Positions 10,039-19,208 of a stretch of DNA of 64,000 nucleotides are shown here, in pieces. This DNA is from Promethearchaeota archaeon (GTDB lineage Archaea > Asgardarchaeota > Heimdallarchaeia > Hodarchaeales > Hodarchaeaceae), in assembly GCA_048938105.1 (NCBI GenBank), contig JBHLMN010000008.1, positions 174,138-238,137 on the forward strand, written 5' to 3'. How positions within the stretch are numbered: position 1 is the first letter of the stretch; every line of letters begins with the position of its first letter. Position numbers and translations under genes: made by a program. The notes below the pieces were generated by a model, which worked only from the letters and a program-made list of their open reading frames with translations, was not told the origin of the DNA and made no database searches.

Positions 10039-12087
10039 TTAAGGTGGTAATTTTAACATGTTTGGCAACATTTCTAACCACCATTGAAAATATATTCTTA
10101 ATAATTCTGCAAGACTCCATGCTTGACTTATGGTTCCTCTCGAATGGCCTAATGAATCGTTATCTGACCCGTCTAAAATCTCACCAAGAGTTCCCAATGC
10201 GCCCCGCGTTAAGACTCTTTTAATAAGAACTTCTGTTAAACTTCGTGCTTCCTCAAGTTTCCCAAAACGGATAGCAGCTTCAATAACTGGTCCTGATAAC
10301 CATAACCATACATCACCATTGTGATAACTGAAATCATGGTGTTCTTCTCCTTTTCTCGAACCATAGTCGTGAAGTGGATGATAATTTGGATCATCTTTGG
10401 ATAAAGATCTTATCCCATGATCTGCTAAACAATTGGTAAGCACATCTTCAATAACGCACTCAGCTTGATGTGTAGTGATAAGAGGATTATCTAGTAACGG
10501 AACAGTTATAGCAAAAATAATATTAGGACGTTTTTGAAGATTTGGTATGCCATCTTTATCCAAGTGATCATACAGGGTCTTATTTGAAGAATCCCAGAAT
10601 TTATCATTGAATACTTTTTTCAACTTGTCCATTATTTTCTTCAATTCTTTAGCAAGAGCAATTTCCCCCATAAATCTAGCGATTCTTTGTGCAATATCCA
10701 ATTCAGTAAAAAATAGAGCTTGAATTTCTACAGCACGATTACCCCTGGGAGTAGCAATAACTCCATTCGTTTGGGCATCCATCCATGTTTCACGATCTCC
10801 ATGTGTGAGAAATCCTAATTCGTCTGTTCTGGACAGTTCTCCCTTTATAGCAATTTTTATAGCAGGCCAAATTTCAGATAAAAATTTCTTTTCAAGACTT
10901 GTATATTCAAATAAATCCCAGATCGAGCGAATGAACCATCCTGTTGCATCTGCTGTTTCATAATTTGGATTCGGAACATTAACTTGTAGGATATTTGGAA
11001 CTCTCCCATAGGTTGGACTACTTGAATCTGTATCTTGACTATTAATCATTGTACGAATCCATTCTTCTGCCATCTTGAATTGTCCTGTAACAAGTAACGC
11101 CCCTCGAAAGGAAATGAAACTATCCCGACCCCAATATTCAGGAAACCAGTGTAATCCAGCATAAATTCCTTTCCCCCTTATATTCATTGTAAGGCTATCT
11201 AAGCTTAACACTACCCAATTAAGAGCCTGATCCCAATCATTGTTATCAGATGCAATATATGTATTATTCAATATGTCAATAAGTGGATCAGATGTCTTCT
11301 GCCAAAAATTCTGATAGTTATTCATCCCTTCAACTAAAAGCTTTGTAACCTCATCTATAGTGTTCTCTATCACAATTATAATAAAGACTGGTTCGTTAGG
11401 ATCAATTTCAAAGACTAAGTTTCCAGGTTCATAAACTCCTCTTTCCGGGCTGTCGTCTCCTCTAAACTTATCTTTTCGATATATTCTTTTAATTATTTTC
11501 TCACGTTCAATGAATTTTACTAATTTTGAAACTTTTATTCCAATGAATTTTGGTCCAGAGTAATCTGTGCTTGATGTGGAAATTAGAAGAAGATTAGTAG
11601 ATGGATCGAATTTTAAGCTATAATTGCTTCCAATAGCAGCCCAATCATGCCTCATACCAAATTGAGGCCTAAACCCAACTTCACCAGTGAATTTTGATTG
11701 ATATTGAATGATCAAAATATTCTCATTTCGGACAAGAAAGAATAGTTCAGTAAAATCACCAATTTTTGTCGAGTGTTCGATTTTCACACAATGGGGGTAT
11801 ACTGTTGTAGAAATTACATGTTTAGGATTAGTCTTTTCAAAATACGTATCTAACCAGAAGTTTGTGAGTGTTGTCCATCGGTCTTTAACTAATCCCTGCC
11901 ACTTCCTAGTTTCTTCTTTATTCGTTTCACCAGACCAATGACATCGTTGTCTGTTTGTCATCACATACTCATATTGCTTGGGAGAAGAAACAGTCAATCC
12001 TAGCTTTTTTAGTTGAGGAATTACTTTTAATGGACTCATTGATCCGTTGTGAATATTTCCTAGATGTGAATCCTTTTTGTTTGTCAT
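10039..12087 (-). CDS. Amylo-alpha-1,6-glucosidase (GH133, glycogen-debranching family)
   Basis: YAGLHWFPEYWGRDSFIS, ETWMDA, TPRGNRAVEIQAL, YHNGDVWLWL, SQAWS. Confidence 0.88.
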   Translation of the reverse strand: MTNKKDSHLGNIHNGSMSPLKVIPQLKKLGLTVSSPKQYEYVMTNRQRCHWSGETNKEETRKWQGLVKDRWTTLTNFWLDTYFEKTNPKHVISTTVYPHCVKIEHSTKIGDFTELFFLVRNENILIIQYQSKFTGEVGFRPQFGMRHDWAAIGSNYSLKFDPSTNLLLISTSSTDYSGPKFIGIKVSKLVKFIEREKIIKRIYRKDKFRGDDSPERGVYEPGNLVFEIDPNEPVFIIIVIENTIDEVTKLLVEGMNNYQNFWQKTSDPLIDILNNTYIASDNNDWDQALNWVVLSLDSLTMNIRGKGIYAGLHWFPEYWGRDSFISFRGALLVTGQFKMAEEWIRTMINSQDTDSSSPTYGRVPNILQVNVPNPNYETADATGWFIRSIWDLFEYTSLEKKFLSEIWPAIKIAIKGELSRTDELGFLTHGDRETWMDAQTNGVIATPRGNRAVEIQALFFTELDIAQRIARFMGEIALAKELKKIMDKLKKVFNDKFWDSSNKTLYDHLDKDGIPNLQKRPNIIFAITVPLLDNPLITTHQAECVIEDVLTNCLADHGIRSLSKDDPNYHPLHDYGSRKGEEHHDFSYHNGDVWLWLSGPVIEAAIRFGKLEEARSLTEVLIKRVLTRGALGTLGEILDGSDNDSLGHSRGTISQAWSLAELLRIYFQWWLEMLPNMLKLPP

Positions 12088-12214
12088 ATGAACACTATCT
12101 TGAAAATTTACAAATAGAAAATAATATTGTTGTTTTAGAAGAAATAACTATCAGTAATAATTAATTAAATCGAATTAAGTTAAATTATGAACTAGATATG
12201 TTAGGTTATTATTT

Positions 12215-13351
12215 ATGAACAGTATTAATCCTAAAGCAGGAAAAAAAGTACATTCTTTTCAAAATTTTCTCTCACAGCTAAACAGAATTGATGATACGGA
12301 AAAAGAAGGATACATTCAAGCTTATTTGAAGGATCAACTCCTCCAAGATAACATTCCTATCATTGATGAGAGAAGTTGTACATTCATCTATTATGGTTCC
12401 AATAATAAGGTAGCAATAGAAGGAGACTTTACAGGTTGGGACTCAGAAGAAATGACTAAGGTACAAAACACAGACCTGTGGTTTTTTACGAAAACTTTTC
12501 CAAATGATGCGAGACTTGATTATCTCATTACTATTGATGGGATTTCAACACTTGATTTTGGGAATAGACGTTTAGTTCCAAGCGGTTTTGGTTATAGAAG
12601 TTATATTGAAATGCCACAATATAAACCTAGTAAATCAATTGAATTTAATGACCATATTCCTCATGGAACTGTTGAAACAATTGAAAATTTTAGTAGCGCT
12701 ATTTTTAATAATACAAGAGAAATCAAGATTTATCTTCCTCCAAATTACAATCCGTCTATAGCTTATCCTTGCCTTTTTATCACAGATGGATTAGAATATC
12801 TCCAATTTGCACAGTTTAATAATGTGTTAGATAACCTTCTTTATAACAAAAAAATACGAGAACTACTTGCAATTTTCATTCCTCCTATTAATCGTAATAT
12901 GGAATATTTCATTGAGAAAGAAAAATTCTGTAATTTTTTATTAAAGGAGGTAAAACCGTTTATTGATAAGAAATATGCAATAATAAACAATCCTTCGGAA
13001 TGTGGCTTAATGGGAGCTTCACTTGGAGGTTTAATTTCTGTTTTCACTAGTATAAATAACGAAGATACTCTAGGGTTAATTGCTTCGCAATCTGGTTATT
13101 TTCCAGAAGATTTTATGGGAATTTTCAGTAAAAAAGTTCCTAATGTAAAATTTTACTTTGATGTGGGTGTTTTTGAAACCTCTATTGGCTCCAATTCTAA
13201 TTTTTTACAAATGAATCGTGAAATGAAAAAAATAGTTGATGCAAAAGGATTTAATTATTACTATCAGGAAGTGAATGAAGGACATTCTTGGGGGAGTTGG
13301 CGAGCCCGATTAAAGGATATATTAATGTACCTCTTTCCAATGGAAGAATAA
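12215..13351 (+). CDS. CBM48/E-set + alpha/beta-hydrolase esterase (Fes/CE1-like), cytoplasmic
   Basis: VAIEGDFTGW N-domain, IYLPPNY, GASLGG nucleophile elbow, EGHSWGSWR; no signal peptide. Confidence 0.85.
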   Translation: MNSINPKAGKKVHSFQNFLSQLNRIDDTEKEGYIQAYLKDQLLQDNIPIIDERSCTFIYYGSNNKVAIEGDFTGWDSEEMTKVQNTDLWFFTKTFPNDARLDYLITIDGISTLDFGNRRLVPSGFGYRSYIEMPQYKPSKSIEFNDHIPHGTVETIENFSSAIFNNTREIKIYLPPNYNPSIAYPCLFITDGLEYLQFAQFNNVLDNLLYNKKIRELLAIFIPPINRNMEYFIEKEKFCNFLLKEVKPFIDKKYAIINNPSECGLMGASLGGLISVFTSINNEDTLGLIASQSGYFPEDFMGIFSKKVPNVKFYFDVGVFETSIGSNSNFLQMNREMKKIVDAKGFNYYYQEVNEGHSWGSWRARLKDILMYLFPMEE

Positions 13352-13508
13352 AATTAATATAGTATTATTTATTGGTTAACATCTCCAAAATAGATGGAAA
13401 TTTTCAATAATGTACTAGTTTTTATGCTAGAAATAACGCTATCTTCAATTCCAGAATTTAAATTTGAATATACTTCACTGCAATAAAATAAAACATAATT
13501 TCTAAGAA

Positions 13509-14999
13509 ATGGTCGTGATTAATATTAGGATAGTGACAGGAAAAACGATTATACTGGTTTTATTATGCACTATAATTTCTTTTTCCAATTTTGTCAATGT
13601 TTCTTTAGAAGAACAATTCACATCTTTTCAAGATTTTTTATTACAGGTCAATTTGGCAAATAAAACGGAGAAAATTCAATTAATTCAATCCTACCTAAAT
13701 GATCAGCGTTCAAAAAACAATATCCCTGTGATTGAGGAACGAAATTGCACTTTCCTATTTATCGGGAACCACACTACCGTTTTAGTTGCAGGAGATTTCA
13801 ATGGATGGACTGGTGAACCTTTGTTAAGAATCAATGATACAGAATTATGGTACTTAACAAAGTCTTTTCCTCTTGATGCTAGATTAGATTACAAGTTTGT
13901 GATTGATGGAACATGGACATTAGATCCAGAGAATGACCAATTAATAATGGGTGGTTATGGTAATAATAATGAAATCGTAATGCCAAATTACCACCCTGAT
14001 CCTGCAATAAACCATTATGATAATATCACACACGGGACAATTAAACTAATTAGAAACTTCTATAGTTCAGCTTTTGAGAATTATAGAAACATTCAGGTTT
14101 ATTTACCACCAAATTATAATCCAAACAGTTCTAAAACATATCCTTCTTTATATGTTACAGATGGTTTTGAATACGTTGATCTAGCTAAATTTGCTAATGT
14201 GTTTGATTATCTACTCTTTCATGATTTAGTACGGGAAGCAATAATCATTTTCATTCCCCCTTATCCAGGTGAAAGAAATAATGAGTATTTTTATGATAAA
14301 AATACCTTCCTAGATTTTTTGACTCTTGAAGTTTTACCATATATCGATAAAAACTATCGTACTAGCCAAAATCGTTCTGAAAGAGGAATGATGGGAGCAT
14401 CTTTGGGTGGTTACATATCTTTTTTCGTTGGTTTTAATCGAGAGAATCTGTTTGGATTAATTGCCTCTCAATCTGGTTATTTTCCGTATGATCTAATATT
14501 TACGTTAGGGAGCCGAGTTCCTGATACAAAATTCTATTTTGATATCGGTACGTTTGAAAAATCAATTGCTGGAGGAACGGATCTTTATACTCTCAATAAA
14601 GAAATGAATAAAACGATGACAGAAAAAAAATATTCTTTTCTCTATCAAGAAATCAATGAGGGCCACTCTTGGGGCAACTGGCGAGCGCACTTAGATGATA
14701 TTCTAATATATCTTTTACCCCATGTAGACACTCCTCAAAATACATCCTTGTCATCAAATACCAATGATTTAACCTCAGTTACCAGTAGTATCATCTCAAC
14801 TCCTTCATCTGGAAGTACTGAGAACAATATAACTTCTCATGAAACATCTAGGATAACTTCTTATGACACTTTTAATAAAAAAACTAATACTGTTTCCTCT
14901 ACTCAACCGACAAACCAATCAACAGTATTTCCATTTTTCCTTGGAATTTTAGCAATCTTCGTCTTCTATTTATTTAGAAGAAAGAGATTTAATATTTGA
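13509..14999 (+). CDS. CBM48/E-set + alpha/beta-hydrolase esterase (Fes/CE1-like), secreted and membrane-anchored paralog
   Basis: Signal peptide, VAGDFNGW...YKFVIDGTWTLDPEN, GASLGG, EGHSWGNWR, long Ser/Thr linker, TM + RRKR tail. Confidence 0.85.
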   Translation: MVVINIRIVTGKTIILVLLCTIISFSNFVNVSLEEQFTSFQDFLLQVNLANKTEKIQLIQSYLNDQRSKNNIPVIEERNCTFLFIGNHTTVLVAGDFNGWTGEPLLRINDTELWYLTKSFPLDARLDYKFVIDGTWTLDPENDQLIMGGYGNNNEIVMPNYHPDPAINHYDNITHGTIKLIRNFYSSAFENYRNIQVYLPPNYNPNSSKTYPSLYVTDGFEYVDLAKFANVFDYLLFHDLVREAIIIFIPPYPGERNNEYFYDKNTFLDFLTLEVLPYIDKNYRTSQNRSERGMMGASLGGYISFFVGFNRENLFGLIASQSGYFPYDLIFTLGSRVPDTKFYFDIGTFEKSIAGGTDLYTLNKEMNKTMTEKKYSFLYQEINEGHSWGNWRAHLDDILIYLLPHVDTPQNTSLSSNTNDLTSVTSSIISTPSSGSTENNITSHETSRITSYDTFNKKTNTVSSTQPTNQSTVFPFFLGILAIFVFYLFRRKRFNI

Positions 15000-16934
15000 A
15001 AAGAGGGTTGAACCATATGGTTTTATTTCAAAAATCAACGCTCCATTCTCAACGATAAATTCATTGTCAGTTATCAAGTCATATACTAAACCATTAACAA
15101 GACCAATTTTCCATACTGGAATTTTAACCTCTTTAGCTCTATTGGAGTTATTAAATACTGCAATAATAATTTCATCTTCAATAAATCTAGAATAACAGTA
15201 TATCTTCTGATCACAATAAAGAGTTTTGATGGATCCTTCTTGTAAAGCTTTTGAGTTTCTCCTGATCTTAATAAGGCGTTTATAATTCACCAAGATATCT
15301 TTATTCCACTTATCATTATCCCAAATCATACATCTTCTGCAATCAGGATCTTGTTCTCCCTCTAGTCCTACTTCATCTCCATAATATATCGATGGGACAC
15401 CAATATAAGAAAATAGGAAAGTTATTCCTAATTTAACCTTATTTATATTCATATCTACTAGTGTAATAAATCTTGGTAAATCATGACAGTTTAATAAGTT
15501 ATAGTTAAGCAGTTGAATTTGAAACGGTAGAAGTGAACGGAAATCTGCCATTTGTTGATCCATATCAATGGTGGAATAATTGAATTGGATAGATTTTCGA
15601 TAGTATCTAGGGGGATCATAAATACTAACAATATCCTTCTTTAGAATCCATTTAAGGAATGGTTGGTAAAAACCACGGTAATTCATAACACCATCTAATC
15701 TCGTTCCATTTAACAGGTCAGTTGGATCAAAGAAATGCTCCCCCATGAGATAGCAATCTTTTTTAACATTTTTTACGTTATATCGAAACTCCTCCCAAAT
15801 CTTCTTATACTCTTGGAAATCCTGTTGCCTTCCAAGCATGTTTGCTACATCAATTCTCCAGCCATCAATGTTAAAAGGTTCACTAAGCCAGTATTGAGCA
15901 ATAGAATCTTTTTCACGAAAAATATCATCTCTTACTTTTTTTGATTTATAGTTAAGTTTTGGTAAGGATTTATGGCCTAACCAGCATAAATAATCATCAG
16001 GATGGGTATGAAAAATAAAATATTCATAATATGGACTATTTTTATCGCTCTGTGCACTTTTGAACCATGGATGATTAACCCCAGTATGATTAAAAACGCC
16101 ATCAAGGATTATTTTAATACCATTTTGGTGTAATTCATTAACAAGATTAACAAACTCTATATTAGTGCCTAAATGCTCATCTACATTTTTATAATCGATT
16201 GTATCATATTTGTGGTTTGACAAAGACTTGAAAATTGGATTTAAGTAAAGAGCATTAATACCAATCATTTTAAAATAAGGTATTTTTTTTCTTATCCCTT
16301 CAAGGTCACCCCCATAAAAATCGATGTGAAAACTTCCTGTTTTATAAGACTCAGGCGGTTCCCCCCACTTCTTTAATATAGGTGATCTTCCTCGATACAT
16401 ATACTCATTATTTTTCACGTTCCTTTTTGGATTTCCATCAAAAAATCTATCTGGGAAAATCTGATAAAATATTGATCGTTTAATCCAACTAGGATCTTCA
16501 AAATCAGAAATTATTTTGAAGTCTCTTATATCAGATGGCATATGAGAGGTTAAACCATGTGCATTGAACCAATATTGGTCTTTTTCTGAAATAAGCATGA
16601 ATCTATAATTGAAGGATTTTGTAATTATTTTTGTTTCTGCTTCATAATAAGAAAAAAATTCTTCTTCACTTGACTTTTTCATAAGAATATTGAATTCTTC
16701 GCCTTCTGGTGCACAGCAAATAAAAATCTCTTTGATAGGATTCTTTCTATATAACCTGATCTTAATTTTGATTTTGTCCCCTAAGTCTGGATTGGATGGA
16801 GTTAGGAAATCTTTTGATCCATCAGAGTGAATTGTTTCTTTCCATTTAATATGACTCATTGATAATTCTCTCTTCAAAAAAATAATGGGGGGAGAATTTA
16901 GCTTATTGGGAATATTTAGATTCCTGATAGGCAA
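14970..16934 (-). CDS. malZ: GH13 maltodextrin glucosidase / neopullulanase-type enzyme
   Basis: FYQIFPDRF, GGDLEG, NHKYDT, DGVFNHTG, DGWRIDVA (Asp), MGEHF (Glu), NCHDLPR (Asp), DPDCRR. Likely start is ATG at 16859 (MSHIKW). Confidence 0.85.
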   Translation of the reverse strand: MPIRNLNIPNKLNSPPIIFLKRELSMSHIKWKETIHSDGSKDFLTPSNPDLGDKIKIKIRLYRKNPIKEIFICCAPEGEEFNILMKKSSEEEFFSYYEAETKIITKSFNYRFMLISEKDQYWFNAHGLTSHMPSDIRDFKIISDFEDPSWIKRSIFYQIFPDRFFDGNPKRNVKNNEYMYRGRSPILKKWGEPPESYKTGSFHIDFYGGDLEGIRKKIPYFKMIGINALYLNPIFKSLSNHKYDTIDYKNVDEHLGTNIEFVNLVNELHQNGIKIILDGVFNHTGVNHPWFKSAQSDKNSPYYEYFIFHTHPDDYLCWLGHKSLPKLNYKSKKVRDDIFREKDSIAQYWLSEPFNIDGWRIDVANMLGRQQDFQEYKKIWEEFRYNVKNVKKDCYLMGEHFFDPTDLLNGTRLDGVMNYRGFYQPFLKWILKKDIVSIYDPPRYYRKSIQFNYSTIDMDQQMADFRSLLPFQIQLLNYNLLNCHDLPRFITLVDMNINKVKLGITFLFSYIGVPSIYYGDEVGLEGEQDPDCRRCMIWDNDKWNKDILVNYKRLIKIRRNSKALQEGSIKTLYCDQKIYCYSRFIEDEIIIAVFNNSNRAKEVKIPVWKIGLVNGLVYDLITDNEFIVENGALIFEIKPYGSTLFSNIKSLSSK

Positions 16935-16975
16935 TTATTTGATCTTTTTGACTTGCGGATTCGATTAAGATCACT

Positions 16976-18463
16976 CTAAGCTTCCTCTATAATCAATTTA
17001 TCTGGGAATCTTGTGAAGATTAACAGTGCTATTAACATGGGGATGAACGCAAAAACACCCATTAATAAGATTGGACCTAATGGGTCATAAATATAATAGT
17101 AAATTCCTAATTCTTCAGGATAATCAGGATGGAGGATTTTTTCGCTTACAAATGCTCCCAAAATAACACCTTCAAGAAAAACAGCAACAGCAATAGCCAA
17201 CTTTTCAGTGAATTCTTGGAAAGCATAGTACATCGACTCTCTTCGTAATCCCAATCGTCGTTCTTCATCATCAACTATATCACCAACAATAGTAGGAGGA
17301 AAAATCCATAAACCACCCATTCCAAAACCAATAAGGCAAATCATTAGGAATGCTATGAATAAGTTTCCTGGTGATATAAGAAATAGGAAATTTAGAAGGA
17401 GAGGGAATGTAAATATTACCATCGATAAAATGAATGCCCTTTTCTTTCCAAGAAACCGTGGTTGTGCTAATACTCCCCAAATTGGAAAGCTGATAATGGC
17501 AACTATGATCCAAGGCGCTGTTACGATCATTAGCTCATCGAGTTCAAGAAAAAGTACACTGACTGCAAAGAAGGGCATTACTGCATTTAATATTCGGAAT
17601 GAAAATTGCATTCCAATCTGATTTACTAGATAAATCTGATAAGAATCGTTTTGTAGGCTAATGCGTAATGATTCCATGAGTGGCACTCGTGGTTGTTTCT
17701 GGATGTCATCAGTAGGCATTTCCTCGATTGGTAGAACAGCAACTATAGTTACGAGGACAATGACTCCTAATACGATACTTGTCATTGAGAATCCAATGCG
17801 GTCATATAGAATAGGTGCAATCACTACACCGACAATATTCGCGAGAATAGCAAATATGTTTCCCCATACTGCCAATGTTATGCGTTCTTTCGATGTTGGG
17901 GCAATTTCAGGTAAAAGAGCATAAATTGGTACAAAAACAAAAGTGAATAATGCATCAAAAATGGATATAATAACAAAGAGAAAACCAATAAGTAGGATTT
18001 CTCCCAATCCATTAGGAAAGAGAGTTAACACGAAAAGTGGAGGATTAAACAAAAGAATGAAACTAATAGTCATTGGAACGATTCCAACCAGTACGAATGG
18101 TCGGCGCCGTCCCCATTTTTTCCACCTTGTGTTATCAGACAACCAACCAACTATTGGATTTACAAATGCATCTACTACTCTCCCAACCATTAATGCTGTT
18201 CCTACTAATGCTCCTATGACTAAAGGTTCGAGACTAACACCTGTCATTCCCTCTGTCAGGTAGAAGTATAATACAAATCCCAAAATAGATGCATTGATAA
18301 TCGATATACCGAAATTTCCAGTGGAGTAGAGAAAGATCTCCTTACGTGAGAGTTTTCGTTGTTGAATTATGTTCATCATTAAATCATCTTCGTGAAATAA
18401 GCAATGAAAGTATTTCAACTGGAAGAAATAAGGATACGCTTGTTTAGTCTCTACTTCCACCAA
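16976..18463 (-). CDS. MFS glycoside-pentoside-hexuronide (GPH) sugar:cation symporter
   Basis: About 12 TM segments; DAFVNPIVGWLSD, WGRRRPF, DIVDDEE...RRE. Likely start is ATG at 18379. Confidence 0.88.
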   Translation of the reverse strand: MVEVETKQAYPYFFQLKYFHCLFHEDDLMMNIIQQRKLSRKEIFLYSTGNFGISIINASILGFVLYFYLTEGMTGVSLEPLVIGALVGTALMVGRVVDAFVNPIVGWLSDNTRWKKWGRRRPFVLVGIVPMTISFILLFNPPLFVLTLFPNGLGEILLIGFLFVIISIFDALFTFVFVPIYALLPEIAPTSKERITLAVWGNIFAILANIVGVVIAPILYDRIGFSMTSIVLGVIVLVTIVAVLPIEEMPTDDIQKQPRVPLMESLRISLQNDSYQIYLVNQIGMQFSFRILNAVMPFFAVSVLFLELDELMIVTAPWIIVAIISFPIWGVLAQPRFLGKKRAFILSMVIFTFPLLLNFLFLISPGNLFIAFLMICLIGFGMGGLWIFPPTIVGDIVDDEERRLGLRRESMYYAFQEFTEKLAIAVAVFLEGVILGAFVSEKILHPDYPEELGIYYYIYDPLGPILLMGVFAFIPMLIALLIFTRFPDKLIIEEA

Positions 18464-19124
18464 AAAGGTAGATGAAAATCATTAAAAGCTCTTTGAGTAA
18501 GTAAATTATATCATAGAATAACCATAATGCCATGAGAGCTGGTGAAGAGAACATTCTGTTTTCTAAACGTGCAAAATCAATGAACATGTAAATACTGAAA
18601 ATAGCTGCTCCTAATAAGCTGATTAGTAGGTAAAATAGAGGATCTGCACTGAAAAAAAAGAATCCAAATAAGGCAAGAATGAAAAAACAAATAACCAAAA
18701 TGATTACCAATTTCGTTATTTGACCGATCCTTTTGTATGTATGTCCTGAAAATAGATATGCCGCTAGAATGACGATTGTGGTTGTACCAACAGCTCCAAC
18801 AACTAAGGCAACATCTAGAGCAAGAGCTATATAAACTAGTAAAGAAAGTGTTATGGAGCTACAGACAGCAAAAGTATATAATAAGATAGTAGCAGTAGAT
18901 TCACTGAATTGCCAACGGAATAACGCTGAAAACAACAATATCATGATGATAATGAATTCCCCCGCGCTTCCTACCCAATAGAAAATAATTGGGACATCAA
19001 GCCATAACATTATACCAACAGTGATGGTAGCTAGCATTAACGCAATACCTAGATGCCGATAGGCATCGACTTTAATGTCATAACCAGTAAATTGTCTTGT
19101 TTTGGCTTCATAATAATAAGACAT
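18444..19124 (-). CDS. Bax inhibitor-1 / YccA family membrane protein
   Basis: 7 TM segments; YMFIDFARL and ALWLFYDIIYL (di-Asp motif). Confidence 0.75.
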   Translation of the reverse strand: MSYYYEAKTRQFTGYDIKVDAYRHLGIALMLATITVGIMLWLDVPIIFYWVGSAGEFIIIMILLFSALFRWQFSESTATILLYTFAVCSSITLSLLVYIALALDVALVVGAVGTTTIVILAAYLFSGHTYKRIGQITKLVIILVICFFILALFGFFFFSADPLFYLLISLLGAAIFSIYMFIDFARLENRMFSSPALMALWLFYDIIYLLKELLMIFIYLFGGSRD

Positions 19125-19208
19125 GTTTCACACCTTAAATGATCGTGTTGAGACAAAAATAATTTTGTCTATTAATGCTTGTTATTAAATAATATAATTT
19201 TATAGAGA

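Noticed and set aside
12091-13449. Similar AAC[AG]CTATCTT[GC]AA strings upstream of both esterase genes, as a possible sugar-regulon box
   Set aside because: Only two copies, non-palindromic, not found at the other locus promoters, and explainable by the gene duplication
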